A DNA stretch of 64,000 bases, taken from the IMG/VR virus record IMGVR_UViG_3300025364_000002; one strand, given 5' to 3'. This document shows positions 28,753-38,011 of the stretch, piece after piece. Under the pieces are notes generated by a model, which worked only from the letters and a program-made list of their open reading frames with translations, made no database searches and was not told the origin of the DNA. This stretch comes from a virus (Duplodnaviria > Heunggongvirae > Uroviricota > Caudoviricetes). The translations under genes were made by a program, and so were the position numbers. Every line of letters begins with the position of its first letter. The stretch's first letter is position 1.

Positions 28753-29055
28753 TTAGCCAAATTCATTTCTATTTTCCCACTCGATGTGTTTCATATGAAG
28801 CACCGGGGTTTTTTCGCTGACTACCAAGCAAATGGTCATTCTGTGCTTCAGCCAATAAAACAAAGACAACTCCTTGTTTTTGTGTCGGCCGTATGGCTGG
28901 AAACTCCTAAATAAGAGCTTTTCACCTTCTGGTACCGATACTTGATTGTATCTCTCATCAAAATTAGAGAAAGTATGTTCTTTTGTCGTAACATACATTT
29001 CACCATATTTGAGTTGGGTGTATTTTACATATTTTGTCATTTGACCACTGCCCAA
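28753..29055 (-). CDS. Hypothetical protein
   Basis: 100-aa ORF. Confidence 0.4.
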   Translation of the reverse strand: MGSGQMTKYVKYTQLKYGEMYVTTKEHTFSNFDERYNQVSVPEGEKLLFRSFQPYGRHKNKELSLFYWLKHRMTICLVVSEKTPVLHMKHIEWENRNEFG

Positions 29056-29333
29056 ATAGCATCTTGCGGAACTACAAGATAGTCTATGTCGTCAACCTTT
29101 ACCTTTAAACCTGAATGTGGCCTGTACACAACGTTCATTCCAACACTTAGGCGGCCAAGAACATTCAGTTCTGTTGAAACCTTTGGACCGATGGCAACAA
29201 TAGTTGCTATGTTCTCATCACGTTGAACAGTTTGAGGAACAATAATCTTATTTTCAATTTTGGATTTATCTTGCTCTTCTCTTTGCTCTATCCTAAGGAC
29301 GATTTTATCGTCTGTTGGTCTGAGTTTTGTCAT
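29037..29333 (-). CDS. groES: Co-chaperonin GroES (Hsp10) homologue
   Basis: LRPTDDKIVLR...IVAIGP...VGMNVVY...DIDYLVVPQDAIWAVV tracks the GroES consensus (RPLxDRVLV...AVGxG...GDxVLF...ILAV). Confidence 0.65.
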   Translation of the reverse strand: MTKLRPTDDKIVLRIEQREEQDKSKIENKIIVPQTVQRDENIATIVAIGPKVSTELNVLGRLSVGMNVVYRPHSGLKVKVDDIDYLVVPQDAIWAVVK

Positions 29334-29638
29334 TTTTGCACCATTATTACTTCTTCGTGCACTTCAATGGGCGGGGCTGTCTTTTCCCATGGCCGACGCA
29401 TTTCAAAACGAAGACGCAACTCGCCTTCTCTCTTTGGCTTTAGAGTGTGTATTAGTTTTATACCACTTCCCACTGTCATGGTGTCTGGGTTGTATGGCTT
29501 TACTGCCCGAGCATTAACATATTCGAAGTCACCAATCGACATGTGTTGCCAAACATATCCAGTTGAAGCATTTGACTCAAGTATTACCTCTACCATTTCT
29601 CCGGCAGAAACAAATCTCACATTATCATTATTATTCAT
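29330..29638 (-). CDS. Hypothetical protein
   Basis: 102-aa ORF. Confidence 0.4.
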   Translation of the reverse strand: MNNNDNVRFVSAGEMVEVILESNASTGYVWQHMSIGDFEYVNARAVKPYNPDTMTVGSGIKLIHTLKPKREGELRLRFEMRRPWEKTAPPIEVHEEVIMVQK

Positions 29639-29837
29639 TCATTTCCTCATCTTGTTCTTTGGTAAAACCATAAGGACAATGTCGGCATAAGCTTTGACAG
29701 CAATATCCTCTTTCCCGGAGGAAGTATGCAGTTAACACTTTTTTACCAGTAAATGGGTCTCTATACCAAAAATTTTTGTTAGCTACTGCGGCTTCATGCA
29801 AATTAATTTGCTTTTGAGTAAGTTTCTTGTTTGCCAT
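29631..29837 (-). CDS. Small Cys-rich protein (GYCCQSLCRHCPYGF)
   Basis: 68-aa ORF with CCxxxCxxCPY cluster. Confidence 0.4.
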   Translation of the reverse strand: MANKKLTQKQINLHEAAVANKNFWYRDPFTGKKVLTAYFLRERGYCCQSLCRHCPYGFTKEQDEEMNE

Positions 29838-29866
29838 TTCAGAATTTACTCCATTGCAAACAAATT

Positions 29867-30547
29867 TTATTTATTGTTTTTGGCTCGTTTAATATAAGAA
29901 ATAGAGATATCGCATGTAACTTCTGCTTTTCCAGCATGGATTTCGATAGCATTGCTATTTTCTTCCAATGCGGCATTTGCTGTCATTGTACGAACAGCCC
30001 GACTACGATACTTTTCATCTTCGCTGTAACGAACAGTCCAACTCCCAACTGTATATGCCTTTGGATCTTTTCCTAAAACCTTGCACTCAGATTCAAAACG
30101 CTTTTGACATTTATCGAATGCTTTCTTGAGTGCTTGTGTTGAAAGCTCAGATTTGTTTTTTACATCAAACGTTGGTTCGTCTACTGTTACACCTGTAATA
30201 TTTGTCAACGAATCATGAATTTTGCTAACTTTGTCCAACTCCGACGTGTGAAAAACCATCCCATAGTTAGCCGTGTATCCAACGAGCTTGTGCTCTCCTG
30301 AGCGGTGTTCCCATTCTCGTTTTGGTGCGACGCTAACGTTGGTTCTAAGATTCTCAACAGCACCTTCTTCTTTGTAGGACTCATATAGTTCTGTCATTTT
30401 AGACACTACAGTCTTTGAAGCTTCCTTTGCTTCCTTACCAGTTTCGCCCGTGGCTGAGGCCGAAGCCACGAAGCGAGCCATGTCAAAATCAGCTACAGCT
30501 GCCCCTTGAGCAGAAACAGACGTAACAAACTTATCGTCATTTCTCAT
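29867..30547 (-). CDS. Hypothetical protein
   Basis: 226-aa ORF. Confidence 0.5.
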   Translation of the reverse strand: MRNDDKFVTSVSAQGAAVADFDMARFVASASATGETGKEAKEASKTVVSKMTELYESYKEEGAVENLRTNVSVAPKREWEHRSGEHKLVGYTANYGMVFHTSELDKVSKIHDSLTNITGVTVDEPTFDVKNKSELSTQALKKAFDKCQKRFESECKVLGKDPKAYTVGSWTVRYSEDEKYRSRAVRTMTANAALEENSNAIEIHAGKAEVTCDISISYIKRAKNNK

Positions 30548-30594
30548 TTATAATCCTTTCGTATAGCTACACTATACCACTGATCAGTACGTGA

Positions 30595-31446
30595 CTAAAC
30601 CACTGGGGCAATAATCTTAATCGTCTTGTTAAGTCTTAAACGTTTCCATTTTTGTTGGCCAACTCCGTAAGGTTTTGTTGTCCAAGCCTTGTATCGGTGA
30701 AAACCATCAATTACTCGAAATCCACCACCCTTTTTAGGAATTGCTACAATGGCAGGGTACCAACCTTTGGTGGAATTCCATAATCTATTTAGCAACTTAT
30801 TGCTTCCAAGCCCATGCCAAGGGCAAAACCAGACATATTCTTGATATATCGAATTTGAGCATCGCTTTAATATTTCTTTATCAGCATATACTTCTTCAAC
30901 AGGTACTTCAATTAGCTTCCAGCTTTTATACTGTTCAACTTCGGGTAACAAGGAATCGTATTCCTGCTCAAGAACAAACCTAACTCGCTCGGAATTTGAT
31001 CGTTTATTAAATTCCTCCACCCGTTCCAAAAGAACAACCTCGGCTCCTGGTTTAGCAAAGACACCTTCAATTTCGTCTCCGTAGTAACCACCACAAGTCT
31101 CAACTACGAACAAATCATCAACGTTTTCAAAAAGTTTTTTCAAAAACCTCACAGCCAATGCAAAGCCCAATTTTCCTTCGTTACCTTGACCATCTTGAAA
31201 AAAAGTTTCGGCCAAGCCGACAGCGCCAAAGACTGTTATCGGCTTGATTCGAGTGCTTTCAATGGTGCCGCATCGACAAATCTCATCACAACCATATGCA
31301 TTGCAATCGTGATAATAATCAGCTTCAACATGGAGACGATCCCGCCAATCACCTGACAGATTGAGAACAATTTTTCCTTTGTTTTCCTTGTTCATTGATT
31401 CACCTATTTTAAATAAAACTGGGGAATATGTACTAAACAAAAGCAC
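30595..31446 (-). CDS. Protein with C-terminal ParB/sulfiredoxin-like nuclease domain
   Basis: GGGFRVIDGFHRYKAW matches the ParB-N DGxHR signature; N-terminal ~200 aa unassigned. Confidence 0.55.
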   Translation of the reverse strand: MLLFSTYSPVLFKIGESMNKENKGKIVLNLSGDWRDRLHVEADYYHDCNAYGCDEICRCGTIESTRIKPITVFGAVGLAETFFQDGQGNEGKLGFALAVRFLKKLFENVDDLFVVETCGGYYGDEIEGVFAKPGAEVVLLERVEEFNKRSNSERVRFVLEQEYDSLLPEVEQYKSWKLIEVPVEEVYADKEILKRCSNSIYQEYVWFCPWHGLGSNKLLNRLWNSTKGWYPAIVAIPKKGGGFRVIDGFHRYKAWTTKPYGVGQQKWKRLRLNKTIKIIAPVV

Positions 31447-31479
31447 ACCTGTGCAGGTGACACCTGTGCAGGTGTGCTT
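31441..31479. repeat. ~39-bp near-perfect palindrome containing two tandem CACCTGTGCAGGTG units, between the SPFH and ParB-like genes
   Basis: aagcacacctgtgcaggtgacacctgtgcaggtgtgctt read directly; self-complementary about a central A. Confidence 0.7.
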
Positions 31480-31502
31480 GGGATTAATTCAATGCAAACT
31501 AA

Positions 31503-32480
31503 TCACTGACCCATGTTCATGATTAGAGGAGTTTGCTGATCCCCGCCACCAAGAATCACAGTGCGAGTATTTTCATTGGTTGTAATATCTCTGGTAGCAT
31601 CGATTGCACGAAGCCGTAGAAGTTCGGGCGTAATCGAGCGAGAAAGGATTTCATTGGCTTCGGCTTCTGCACGGGCACGAATCAAGCGTGATTCTGCGTC
31701 TCTGTTTGCTTGAATGATAGCAACACGACGCTGTCCTTCTGCCTCGGCAGTTGCACGTTCTGCTTCCTGTTCGGCGGTACGAATTGCCTGCTCACGCTCG
31801 TTACCCTGTTGACGCTGACGCTGAACCGAGGCGATAGACTCACGAATTTCAGGCGGGAGCGCAATATTACGTAGTTGCACGTCATCAATTTGAATAGAAT
31901 ATGATTCCAAATTCCGCTGTTCAAGTGCATTAGAAATGCGACGTCGAACAAGTCGCACCATTTCACGTCCAAGCTCATCACGACTCGTGGAAACCGCAGC
32001 TACGGCATCATATTCTCGCACAGCTTCACGGACAGCAGTGCGAACTGAAGTTTCAACAACTGACTGTTGATAATTCGGCATATATCGTCGGACGCCCGGC
32101 GCCTGGCCTGAATTAAGATGGTAAAGAACCGTAACATCGAGTGTCATTGACAACTGGTCAGAAGACATAGCGTGTAGCGCAGATACCCCAGCCATTGTTA
32201 TATTTTGCGTCTGTATGGACATTTCATCAACTGTTGCGAAGGGATTTACAAAATGAAAACCCTCATCTAAAGTATAATTCTGCACAGAGCCAAAAACAAT
32301 TGGTACACCTATATGACCAGTCTGCACCTGAACTGCGGACGCTAATCCAAAAAACACTAACGATAGCACCAGACCACCAGCTGCACCAAGTCTGGTAAAA
32401 TTAGCTGCATCCTCTAGAAAGAAACTGACAACAAATGCGCCAATAGCCAAGAAGGCTAATACAATTGCTACATAAATCAC
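31503..32480 (-). CDS. SPFH/band-7 (stomatin/prohibitin/HflK-C-like) membrane protein
   Basis: N-terminal TM helix plus long Ala/Glu/Arg-rich coiled region typical of SPFH proteins (AEQEAERATAEAEGQRRVAIIQANRDAESR...); noticeably higher GC than its neighbours. Confidence 0.65.
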   Translation of the reverse strand: MIYVAIVLAFLAIGAFVVSFFLEDAANFTRLGAAGGLVLSLVFFGLASAVQVQTGHIGVPIVFGSVQNYTLDEGFHFVNPFATVDEMSIQTQNITMAGVSALHAMSSDQLSMTLDVTVLYHLNSGQAPGVRRYMPNYQQSVVETSVRTAVREAVREYDAVAAVSTSRDELGREMVRLVRRRISNALEQRNLESYSIQIDDVQLRNIALPPEIRESIASVQRQRQQGNEREQAIRTAEQEAERATAEAEGQRRVAIIQANRDAESRLIRARAEAEANEILSRSITPELLRLRAIDATRDITTNENTRTVILGGGDQQTPLIMNMGQ

Positions 32481-32495
32481 GATTATTATCCTCCG

Positions 32496-32717
32496 TCACC
32501 TATATGGTGATTCTTTGTTTGTTCCACGTTTTGCTAGTTCTTCATTCAGCATTTTAAGGTTATCCTTAAGAGAAGCAGTAGTTGACTGCTCCAAAATAGT
32601 CAGACGTTTTAGACGTTCTGAACGCTTTTTTAACTCGGTCGAACAGACCCAGCCAAAAATAACTCCACAAACAAACGTGGCACTAATCAAAATTGTTACA
32701 AGCATATCAAGTCTCAT
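32496..32717 (-). CDS. Small membrane protein
   Basis: N-terminal TM helix. Confidence 0.4.
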   Translation of the reverse strand: MRLDMLVTILISATFVCGVIFGWVCSTELKKRSERLKRLTILEQSTTASLKDNLKMLNEELAKRGTNKESPYR

Positions 32718-32956
32718 TTATATCTTGAGATTATCTTCATGAATTCATTGCCAAGCTTGGTAGCAAGCACTAAGCCAACAGCAATCGCTATCAAAGCAAC
32801 TGACCCAGCACCGATTGTAATTCCAGTCCAAAATGTTAGTTCTGCTTCAAAAGCAGTTCCAAAAATCTTTGAGAAGACCAACTACTAGCCATATCGTTAA
32901 GCCAATAGTAACAACTGCGCCAATCAAAACCCCAAATGCAAAAAAGTAACCGCTCA
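32714..32956 (-). pseudogene. Small two-helix membrane protein gene, apparently frameshifted (ATG frame, 36 aa, followed by a +1-frame hydrophobic continuation of 53 aa)
   Basis: Hand translation: MSGYFFAFGVLIGAVVTIGLTIWLVVGLLKDFWNCF* then, in the +1 frame, ...IFGTAFEAELTFWTGITIGAGSVALIAIAVGLVLATKLGNEFMKIISRYK*. Confidence 0.3.
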
Positions 32957-33190
32957 TTATTCGTCCTCGTCTAAGTCATCGTAGAATGAAACTTCTCTCT
33001 TGACAAACCTGATAATAGATTCGCCATATGACCCCCTGTTTCCAGCGAGGCCCAACTTAATTGTCTCCTCTTCGCTCTCTTCTACGAGAAGATTAATTTG
33101 AAATCCTTTACCTATCACAATTTCTTCCCTTTGGTCGAAACACCATACGTTAGCCTTATAAGAGTACGCAATTGTCGGTTTATAACCCAA
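32957..33190 (-). CDS. Hypothetical acidic protein
   Basis: 77-aa ORF. Confidence 0.4.
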   Translation of the reverse strand: MGYKPTIAYSYKANVWCFDQREEIVIGKGFQINLLVEESEEETIKLGLAGNRGSYGESIIRFVKREVSFYDDLDEDE

Positions 33191-33337
33191 CCAAAAATTC
33201 CGGCTACAACTGCGACAGTAGCCGCTCCAGATGCAAATCCAATCCAGAACATGTTCTACTTATCTTATCGGCCTGATAATATCTTTTAAAAGAATAACCT
33301 GAATTACCAAAAAGCTTTGAGTATGCATCTTTAAGAT

Positions 33338-33889
33338 TCATTGAATTTCTCCGAGTGCTAACTTGAGGATATAACGAGTAATCTCTCGGTCTTCTTCCCT
33401 GCGCTTTTGCTGTGCGTAATCCAATCCAAGTCTGTTGTAGTCCTCTTCATCCAATTTCGAAACCTTTTTGTGATATCTTTTTACCTTGTTTTCAAATGAA
33501 GTGTAATGTTCGGTTGGATTGACCAACGACAAAAATGCTTCATTTTCTCCTCGGCGCCAACGATTTGTTGTGGTGGATGCGGTACAAGATATAACCTTGC
33601 AATTAGGCCAGTTTCTAGCGCCCGCCATGCACAATAAATCTGCACCTCGGGCACTTACTGCCTTTTGCTTATATTCGCTTCCAAGCTCTTTACCTTTGGG
33701 AGACACATAAGCTCGATAAATAAAACTCTGGCTTTCCTCGTATGAATATGGCACATGAATAGCATGCAAGATCCTACTTGCACCAAGAGTCTGGGCGAGT
33801 TGATGAATACCAATTCCACCACCAGTTACCACAAAAGCAAGTTTGGGACCTTGGTAACGATGTACGAAATCATCAAATACGTCTTGCAC
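33338..33889 (-). CDS. Hypothetical protein with N-terminal Gly-rich Rossmann-like loop (FVVTGGGIGIHQ)
   Basis: 183-aa ORF; GGG loop; translationally coupled (overlapping) with the ARH gene. Confidence 0.45.
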   Translation of the reverse strand: MQDVFDDFVHRYQGPKLAFVVTGGGIGIHQLAQTLGASRILHAIHVPYSYEESQSFIYRAYVSPKGKELGSEYKQKAVSARGADLLCMAGARNWPNCKVISCTASTTTNRWRRGENEAFLSLVNPTEHYTSFENKVKRYHKKVSKLDEEDYNRLGLDYAQQKRREEDREITRYILKLALGEIQ

Positions 33890-34613
33890 ACTTTTCTCGC
33901 AATCTTTCCAGTTTTTCGTCTAGGCTTCGAAGGTAGTCTAATCCATACGGACCATTTTCTAAACCTTCATAAAGATGCTGTGGTAGGTCGTTTTCAATTT
34001 CTTTACAACAAGAACCAATGCCCAGCGCCATGGCCGCAATTGAATCTACGTCGCCCGTATAATCAATACACTCTTTAAGGCATTCGCTCAAAGAATTATT
34101 TCTCAATACTGATGAAATTGCTGCCTTGACACAGGGAATAGCATCACTAGTACAACGTTTTCCTACCGGCCAAAGATCTTTTTTATCGTTGAAAATTCTA
34201 CTTGAACCACTACCAAGTACAAGGAAATCAACCAAATTATTCTTTTTGCCATCATTGTAAAGAAAATAGTGTGTAGCCAAAGCAACTGCTTGCGAGGAAG
34301 CAATTGCATCAGGCGTATCGTGAGTCACTTGAGCTTGCATTCTAGAAAATGTTAAGACTTTATAAACGTTCGGTAGGTATCCGATCGAACACGATCTCAT
34401 TGCTGCGCCGCATTTATTTGACTTCTTCGACAGCTTGGCAAGCAACTCTTTACCAGACTCAACTTGATCTAAGATAGCTTGAAAACGACGTGAATATGCA
34501 TTTCTTGCATCACGTTTATACACCTCCACCCATTTGTTTGCGAGTTTGAGCGGAAGTGTATTTGGATCAAAATGGTCGTTTTCCAAAAGATACTCTGTTA
34601 CACCAATTGACAT
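33873..34613 (-). CDS. ADP-ribosylglycohydrolase (DraG/ARH family)
   Basis: C-terminal signature YTGDVDSIAAMALGIGS corresponds to the GGDTDT(I)AA(I)AGA metal-binding motif of the family. Confidence 0.7.
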   Translation of the reverse strand: MSIGVTEYLLENDHFDPNTLPLKLANKWVEVYKRDARNAYSRRFQAILDQVESGKELLAKLSKKSNKCGAAMRSCSIGYLPNVYKVLTFSRMQAQVTHDTPDAIASSQAVALATHYFLYNDGKKNNLVDFLVLGSGSSRIFNDKKDLWPVGKRCTSDAIPCVKAAISSVLRNNSLSECLKECIDYTGDVDSIAAMALGIGSCCKEIENDLPQHLYEGLENGPYGLDYLRSLDEKLERLREKCARRI

Positions 34614-34826
34614 CTAGGTGTCATCTGTATATGAACCTGCTGGCAAATGTCCTGGAAGATTGTGCGGATAATATGTACTCAAATCATTTTTGATCTGGGT
34701 AAGTCGCTCAGGTTTTGCAAACTCAAAACCTCCTCCATAAGCATCCCCAATTCCGATTTTCACCAACATGCCATTCTCCTACTTGTTACAAATGAGCAAA
34801 GTTCAACGAATCGGACTTTATCTATC

Positions 34827-35288
34827 TCAACTAGCATGCCTTACCCAATCTTTTTCAAATGCTGCCTTTAAATCTTCATAATCTTTTCGAGGCATAGAAG
34901 ATTTTACCTTTTGAAGGATAGCTGCTGCGTGCCTTGATTTCCCAAGGACTTTCTCTTTTGCCGAGAAATAAAGATTTGTAGGAACGATAAATGGAAGCCA
35001 AAGTGGAAGCGTGGGCAATGAGAACAAAGCAACGCCTATGGCTCCCGAGCCCATATTTTCCTTATTAATAATAAGGCTCGAACAAGTGCTGTTTATCCCT
35101 TGGCTTTCAATGGCAATGACATATTGGTTGCCCTTTTTATCTGAAAGATAAAAAGAATCTAAACCAGTTGTCTTGTTTTTCTTGCGTTCAACAAATTTAA
35201 GTTTTGGAATCATTGGAATGTCGGCCCATACAGCCCAGGCTCCAAAAAGTATAACACCTGATAGAATTGCCGCTTCTTCAAAATTCAT
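34827..35288 (-). CDS. Membrane-anchored hypothetical protein
   Basis: N-terminal TM (ILSGVILFGAWAVWA). Confidence 0.4.
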   Translation of the reverse strand: MNFEEAAILSGVILFGAWAVWADIPMIPKLKFVERKKNKTTGLDSFYLSDKKGNQYVIAIESQGINSTCSSLIINKENMGSGAIGVALFSLPTLPLWLPFIVPTNLYFSAKEKVLGKSRHAAAILQKVKSSMPRKDYEDLKAAFEKDWVRHAS

Positions 35289-35382
35289 ACTAACCTACTT
35301 TCCTTCGTAGGACGACGTCCTACAGCGCACTTTATATAATCTTTCAAGATTTCTTTGGCTTTCTCGGCCTCATAATTTTCTA

Positions 35383-35985
35383 CTATTTGGGAGCCACCTC
35401 ACGGAAATTGGTTAGCATTGAATTTCGTACCGGTTTCCATTTTTCTTCGTAATGCTGCCAATCTTCACTCAAATCATCCATTATTTCTTTAAAAAGATGA
35501 TTAACTTCGCTGTATCTAAAAATAGATCGTGAAGTTGCAATCTGGATTCCGAAGCTAATGATTCTGATTGAGTGCCACAAAGACTTCTTGCCTCGCTCAA
35601 GTTCTTTTTCACGATCATACGGCGAAACAAATTTTTTCTTAGCTTTGACCCAGGAATGACTAGACTTCTCTGAAAGAGAGTGCCTTAGTCTAGCTTTATC
35701 CAGTTTAAACTTCCAAGGAACATCAGGTTGAATAAGAACCTTGTCACTTGGAAGATGATAGCACTCCAAGGCCATAATGTGATGTTCATCTAACAAACGT
35801 TGGAAATGATTTGGAGTGAGATACCTGATATTAATCAAACCCTTGTTCATTTCGCCTAGACGAACCTGATCCTTTATTGCGACATAGTCCCAATCTGAAT
35901 CAGAACGAGCAGTGCCATACACTCTGCTCCCAAAAGGATAAAGTGCATAGTAACTGTCCTTAGGCAATTGAGGTTGATGTTGCAC
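35383..35985 (-). CDS. Minimal nucleotidyltransferase (Pol-beta superfamily) protein
   Basis: GS...D.D signature FGSRVYGTARSDSDWDYV; 200 aa; abuts NAMPT gene with 1-nt spacing. Confidence 0.55.
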   Translation of the reverse strand: MQHQPQLPKDSYYALYPFGSRVYGTARSDSDWDYVAIKDQVRLGEMNKGLINIRYLTPNHFQRLLDEHHIMALECYHLPSDKVLIQPDVPWKFKLDKARLRHSLSEKSSHSWVKAKKKFVSPYDREKELERGKKSLWHSIRIISFGIQIATSRSIFRYSEVNHLFKEIMDDLSEDWQHYEEKWKPVRNSMLTNFREVAPK

Positions 35986-35986
35986 A

Positions 35987-37573
35987 CTAACCTCGATATC
36001 GATTAATCAGGGACTCCACCTCAGTCTGGAGTAAATCACTTCTTCGACCCGCAGAAAATGGCATTTCATCGAATTCACGGATTACACGAGCCTCACAGGT
36101 CATGAAATCATCAGTGAAGCCAGGGCCGAAAGGTTCATCAGAAGTGCCATCGTAATAGGTAACCAATGCATCATCACCAAGTTCGCCAGGTGCCGCAAGA
36201 GTGACCCCAGAGGTAAGGGCAATATCATCACGGAGAACCATGCATTCTGGGAGAGTCTGCTTACCAGGAGAATTGCTCAACTTGATAACTGGACGATCGT
36301 CGTTGCCGACAGCACAGAGAGCAAATTTGGTGCTCATGTGGTCCCTGTTGATATTGTTACGAAGATGCCCGCCAATACTGAAAATACCACATCGCCATGG
36401 AACAAAACCGGCCGCAAGAGCTGCGTCGGTAATTTGAAGAACACTATCAAACGATTCACCGTTACCAACAATAAATCGAAGCGTGGTAGAAACATGACGT
36501 GTGACACCATCAGCACACAAGTGCTCAGCCATAAGCCCAGCCTGATGTGCCTTTTGTAGAGTACCAATCACCATATCTGTCGAATCGCCTGAATCAGGAC
36601 GGGCAACAACGGTTCTTCCAGAGCCATCCGCCTGAGCCCTAAGGGCAAGGGGGATAAGGTGTTTCTCAAGCGCAGCCCAATAATCATAACAATCACCAAC
36701 CATGCTGAGTAATTCGTGATTGTCAGCAGTATCGTACATGTTCTCATAACAGTCGCCTTCGACTGCATAACCCTGCACGATGCGATGCGCAAGAGCTTTC
36801 ACCGAAGAGCCAAAAGCAGCTGGTGCGCCATTTTTCCAGTTCTGGAAAGCAGCACGGAACGTGTCCGTACCAAACCAGACATAGTTGTGAACCCGACCCA
36901 CCAATTCCGATTCCATTGGAGATGCTGCTGCCCTGTCGCCGAAATCATGAATCATGAGTCGGGCAAAAAACATGCACTCCTCGTCGCTAACCGAGTCAGG
37001 CTCAAATTTCCTGATGAGATTGTAGGCATACTTCAAAAAGTGTCGAGCGGCGGTCAAACGCTCCGTGGCAGCCCAAACATGCAGCAGGGTGGACTCGAAC
37101 CAAGGAACCAGCGGTCCAAACCCAGGCTCTGTAGCCTCCACCCTGAGGAATGGCTCGTGCGGATAAATTACAGAGCCTTCGGGCATTCCAACGACCTTGA
37201 GTGGAAGGTAGCCTCCGTATTCCTTGACGACTCGTCGCCACATTTCCTCAGGAAATTCGAAATCGTCAAAAGATCCGTCGTACTTTGCCTTTCGGCCCTT
37301 CAAAAATTCGATAGTCTCATCGATTTCGGAATTGGTGATCGGATCGTAAAAAAGCAAGTCGCAAAGCTGTTGCAAACCAGCAAAGACAATACGCTGGTCT
37401 TCAGGCGAATAAAACGGCTCATGTGCATGAGGAAACTTCCTGAAAGTACCGTAATACTTGGAATTTTCCGTAGCCTCTTGGCTCTCGAAGGTAAATCCGT
37501 TAATGGTGTAAGCGTCACTCCAGAGCATTCTGGGTGTTCTATGATATCTTCTTGCGGGTAGTTTCTTTGCCAT
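35987..37573 (-). CDS. nadV: Nicotinamide phosphoribosyltransferase (NadV/NAMPT-like, type II PRTase family)
   Basis: 528 aa with family-typical segments (IHDFGDR, long central PRTase core); GC-rich relative to flanks. Confidence 0.75.
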   Translation of the reverse strand: MAKKLPARRYHRTPRMLWSDAYTINGFTFESQEATENSKYYGTFRKFPHAHEPFYSPEDQRIVFAGLQQLCDLLFYDPITNSEIDETIEFLKGRKAKYDGSFDDFEFPEEMWRRVVKEYGGYLPLKVVGMPEGSVIYPHEPFLRVEATEPGFGPLVPWFESTLLHVWAATERLTAARHFLKYAYNLIRKFEPDSVSDEECMFFARLMIHDFGDRAAASPMESELVGRVHNYVWFGTDTFRAAFQNWKNGAPAAFGSSVKALAHRIVQGYAVEGDCYENMYDTADNHELLSMVGDCYDYWAALEKHLIPLALRAQADGSGRTVVARPDSGDSTDMVIGTLQKAHQAGLMAEHLCADGVTRHVSTTLRFIVGNGESFDSVLQITDAALAAGFVPWRCGIFSIGGHLRNNINRDHMSTKFALCAVGNDDRPVIKLSNSPGKQTLPECMVLRDDIALTSGVTLAAPGELGDDALVTYYDGTSDEPFGPGFTDDFMTCEARVIREFDEMPFSAGRRSDLLQTEVESLINRYRG

Positions 37574-37684
37574 GCGGCCTCCTATGGAGCCAGACTAACA
37601 CTAAGTGGTGGGCGTGTAAAGCCCAAAAGCTCTTAGCTTTATCACCACTTGAGTTAGTTTACCATAAGTTGGCTAGGATTTGAA

Positions 37685-38011
37685 CTAGACTTTAAAGCTC
37701 GACCCGCAGCCGCAAGTCGACTTTGCTTTAGGGTTGATAAATTTGAAACCAGCACCCATTAGGCCATCTACATAATCAATGATTGAACCTTCTATGTAAG
37801 TCATCGACATCATATCAACAACAACTTTTATTTCGCCAAATTCAAAGACATGGTCAGTGTCATTAACATTTTCCTCTTCTTCAAAAAAGAGATCATGGGT
37901 ATATCCAGAACATCCACCACCCTTAATTCCTGTACGAATTATTGGCGTCAAATCTTCCTTTTGGGCGATTTCTTTAACCTTATCTACTGCTTTATCAGTT
38001 AGTTCTAACAT
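37685..38011 (-). CDS. A-type Fe-S cluster carrier (IscA/ErpA/HesB family)
   Basis: GGGCSGY...C-terminal CGCGSSF signature. Confidence 0.8.
   Translation of the reverse strand: MLELTDKAVDKVKEIAQKEDLTPIIRTGIKGGGCSGYTHDLFFEEEENVNDTDHVFEFGEIKVVVDMMSMTYIEGSIIDYVDGLMGAGFKFINPKAKSTCGCGSSFKV

Noticed and set aside
32714-32956. Possible programmed +1 frameshift in a small two-helix membrane gene
   Set aside because: Could equally be a sequencing error, a pseudogene, or two tiny overlapping ORFs (the second with a TTG start); kept only as a low-confidence pseudogene feature
36716-37561. 281-aa plus-strand ORF
   Set aside because: Lies entirely antisense within the GC-rich NAMPT gene. Long antisense ORFs are expected in GC-rich coding sequence. 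No RBS; the product is low-complexity
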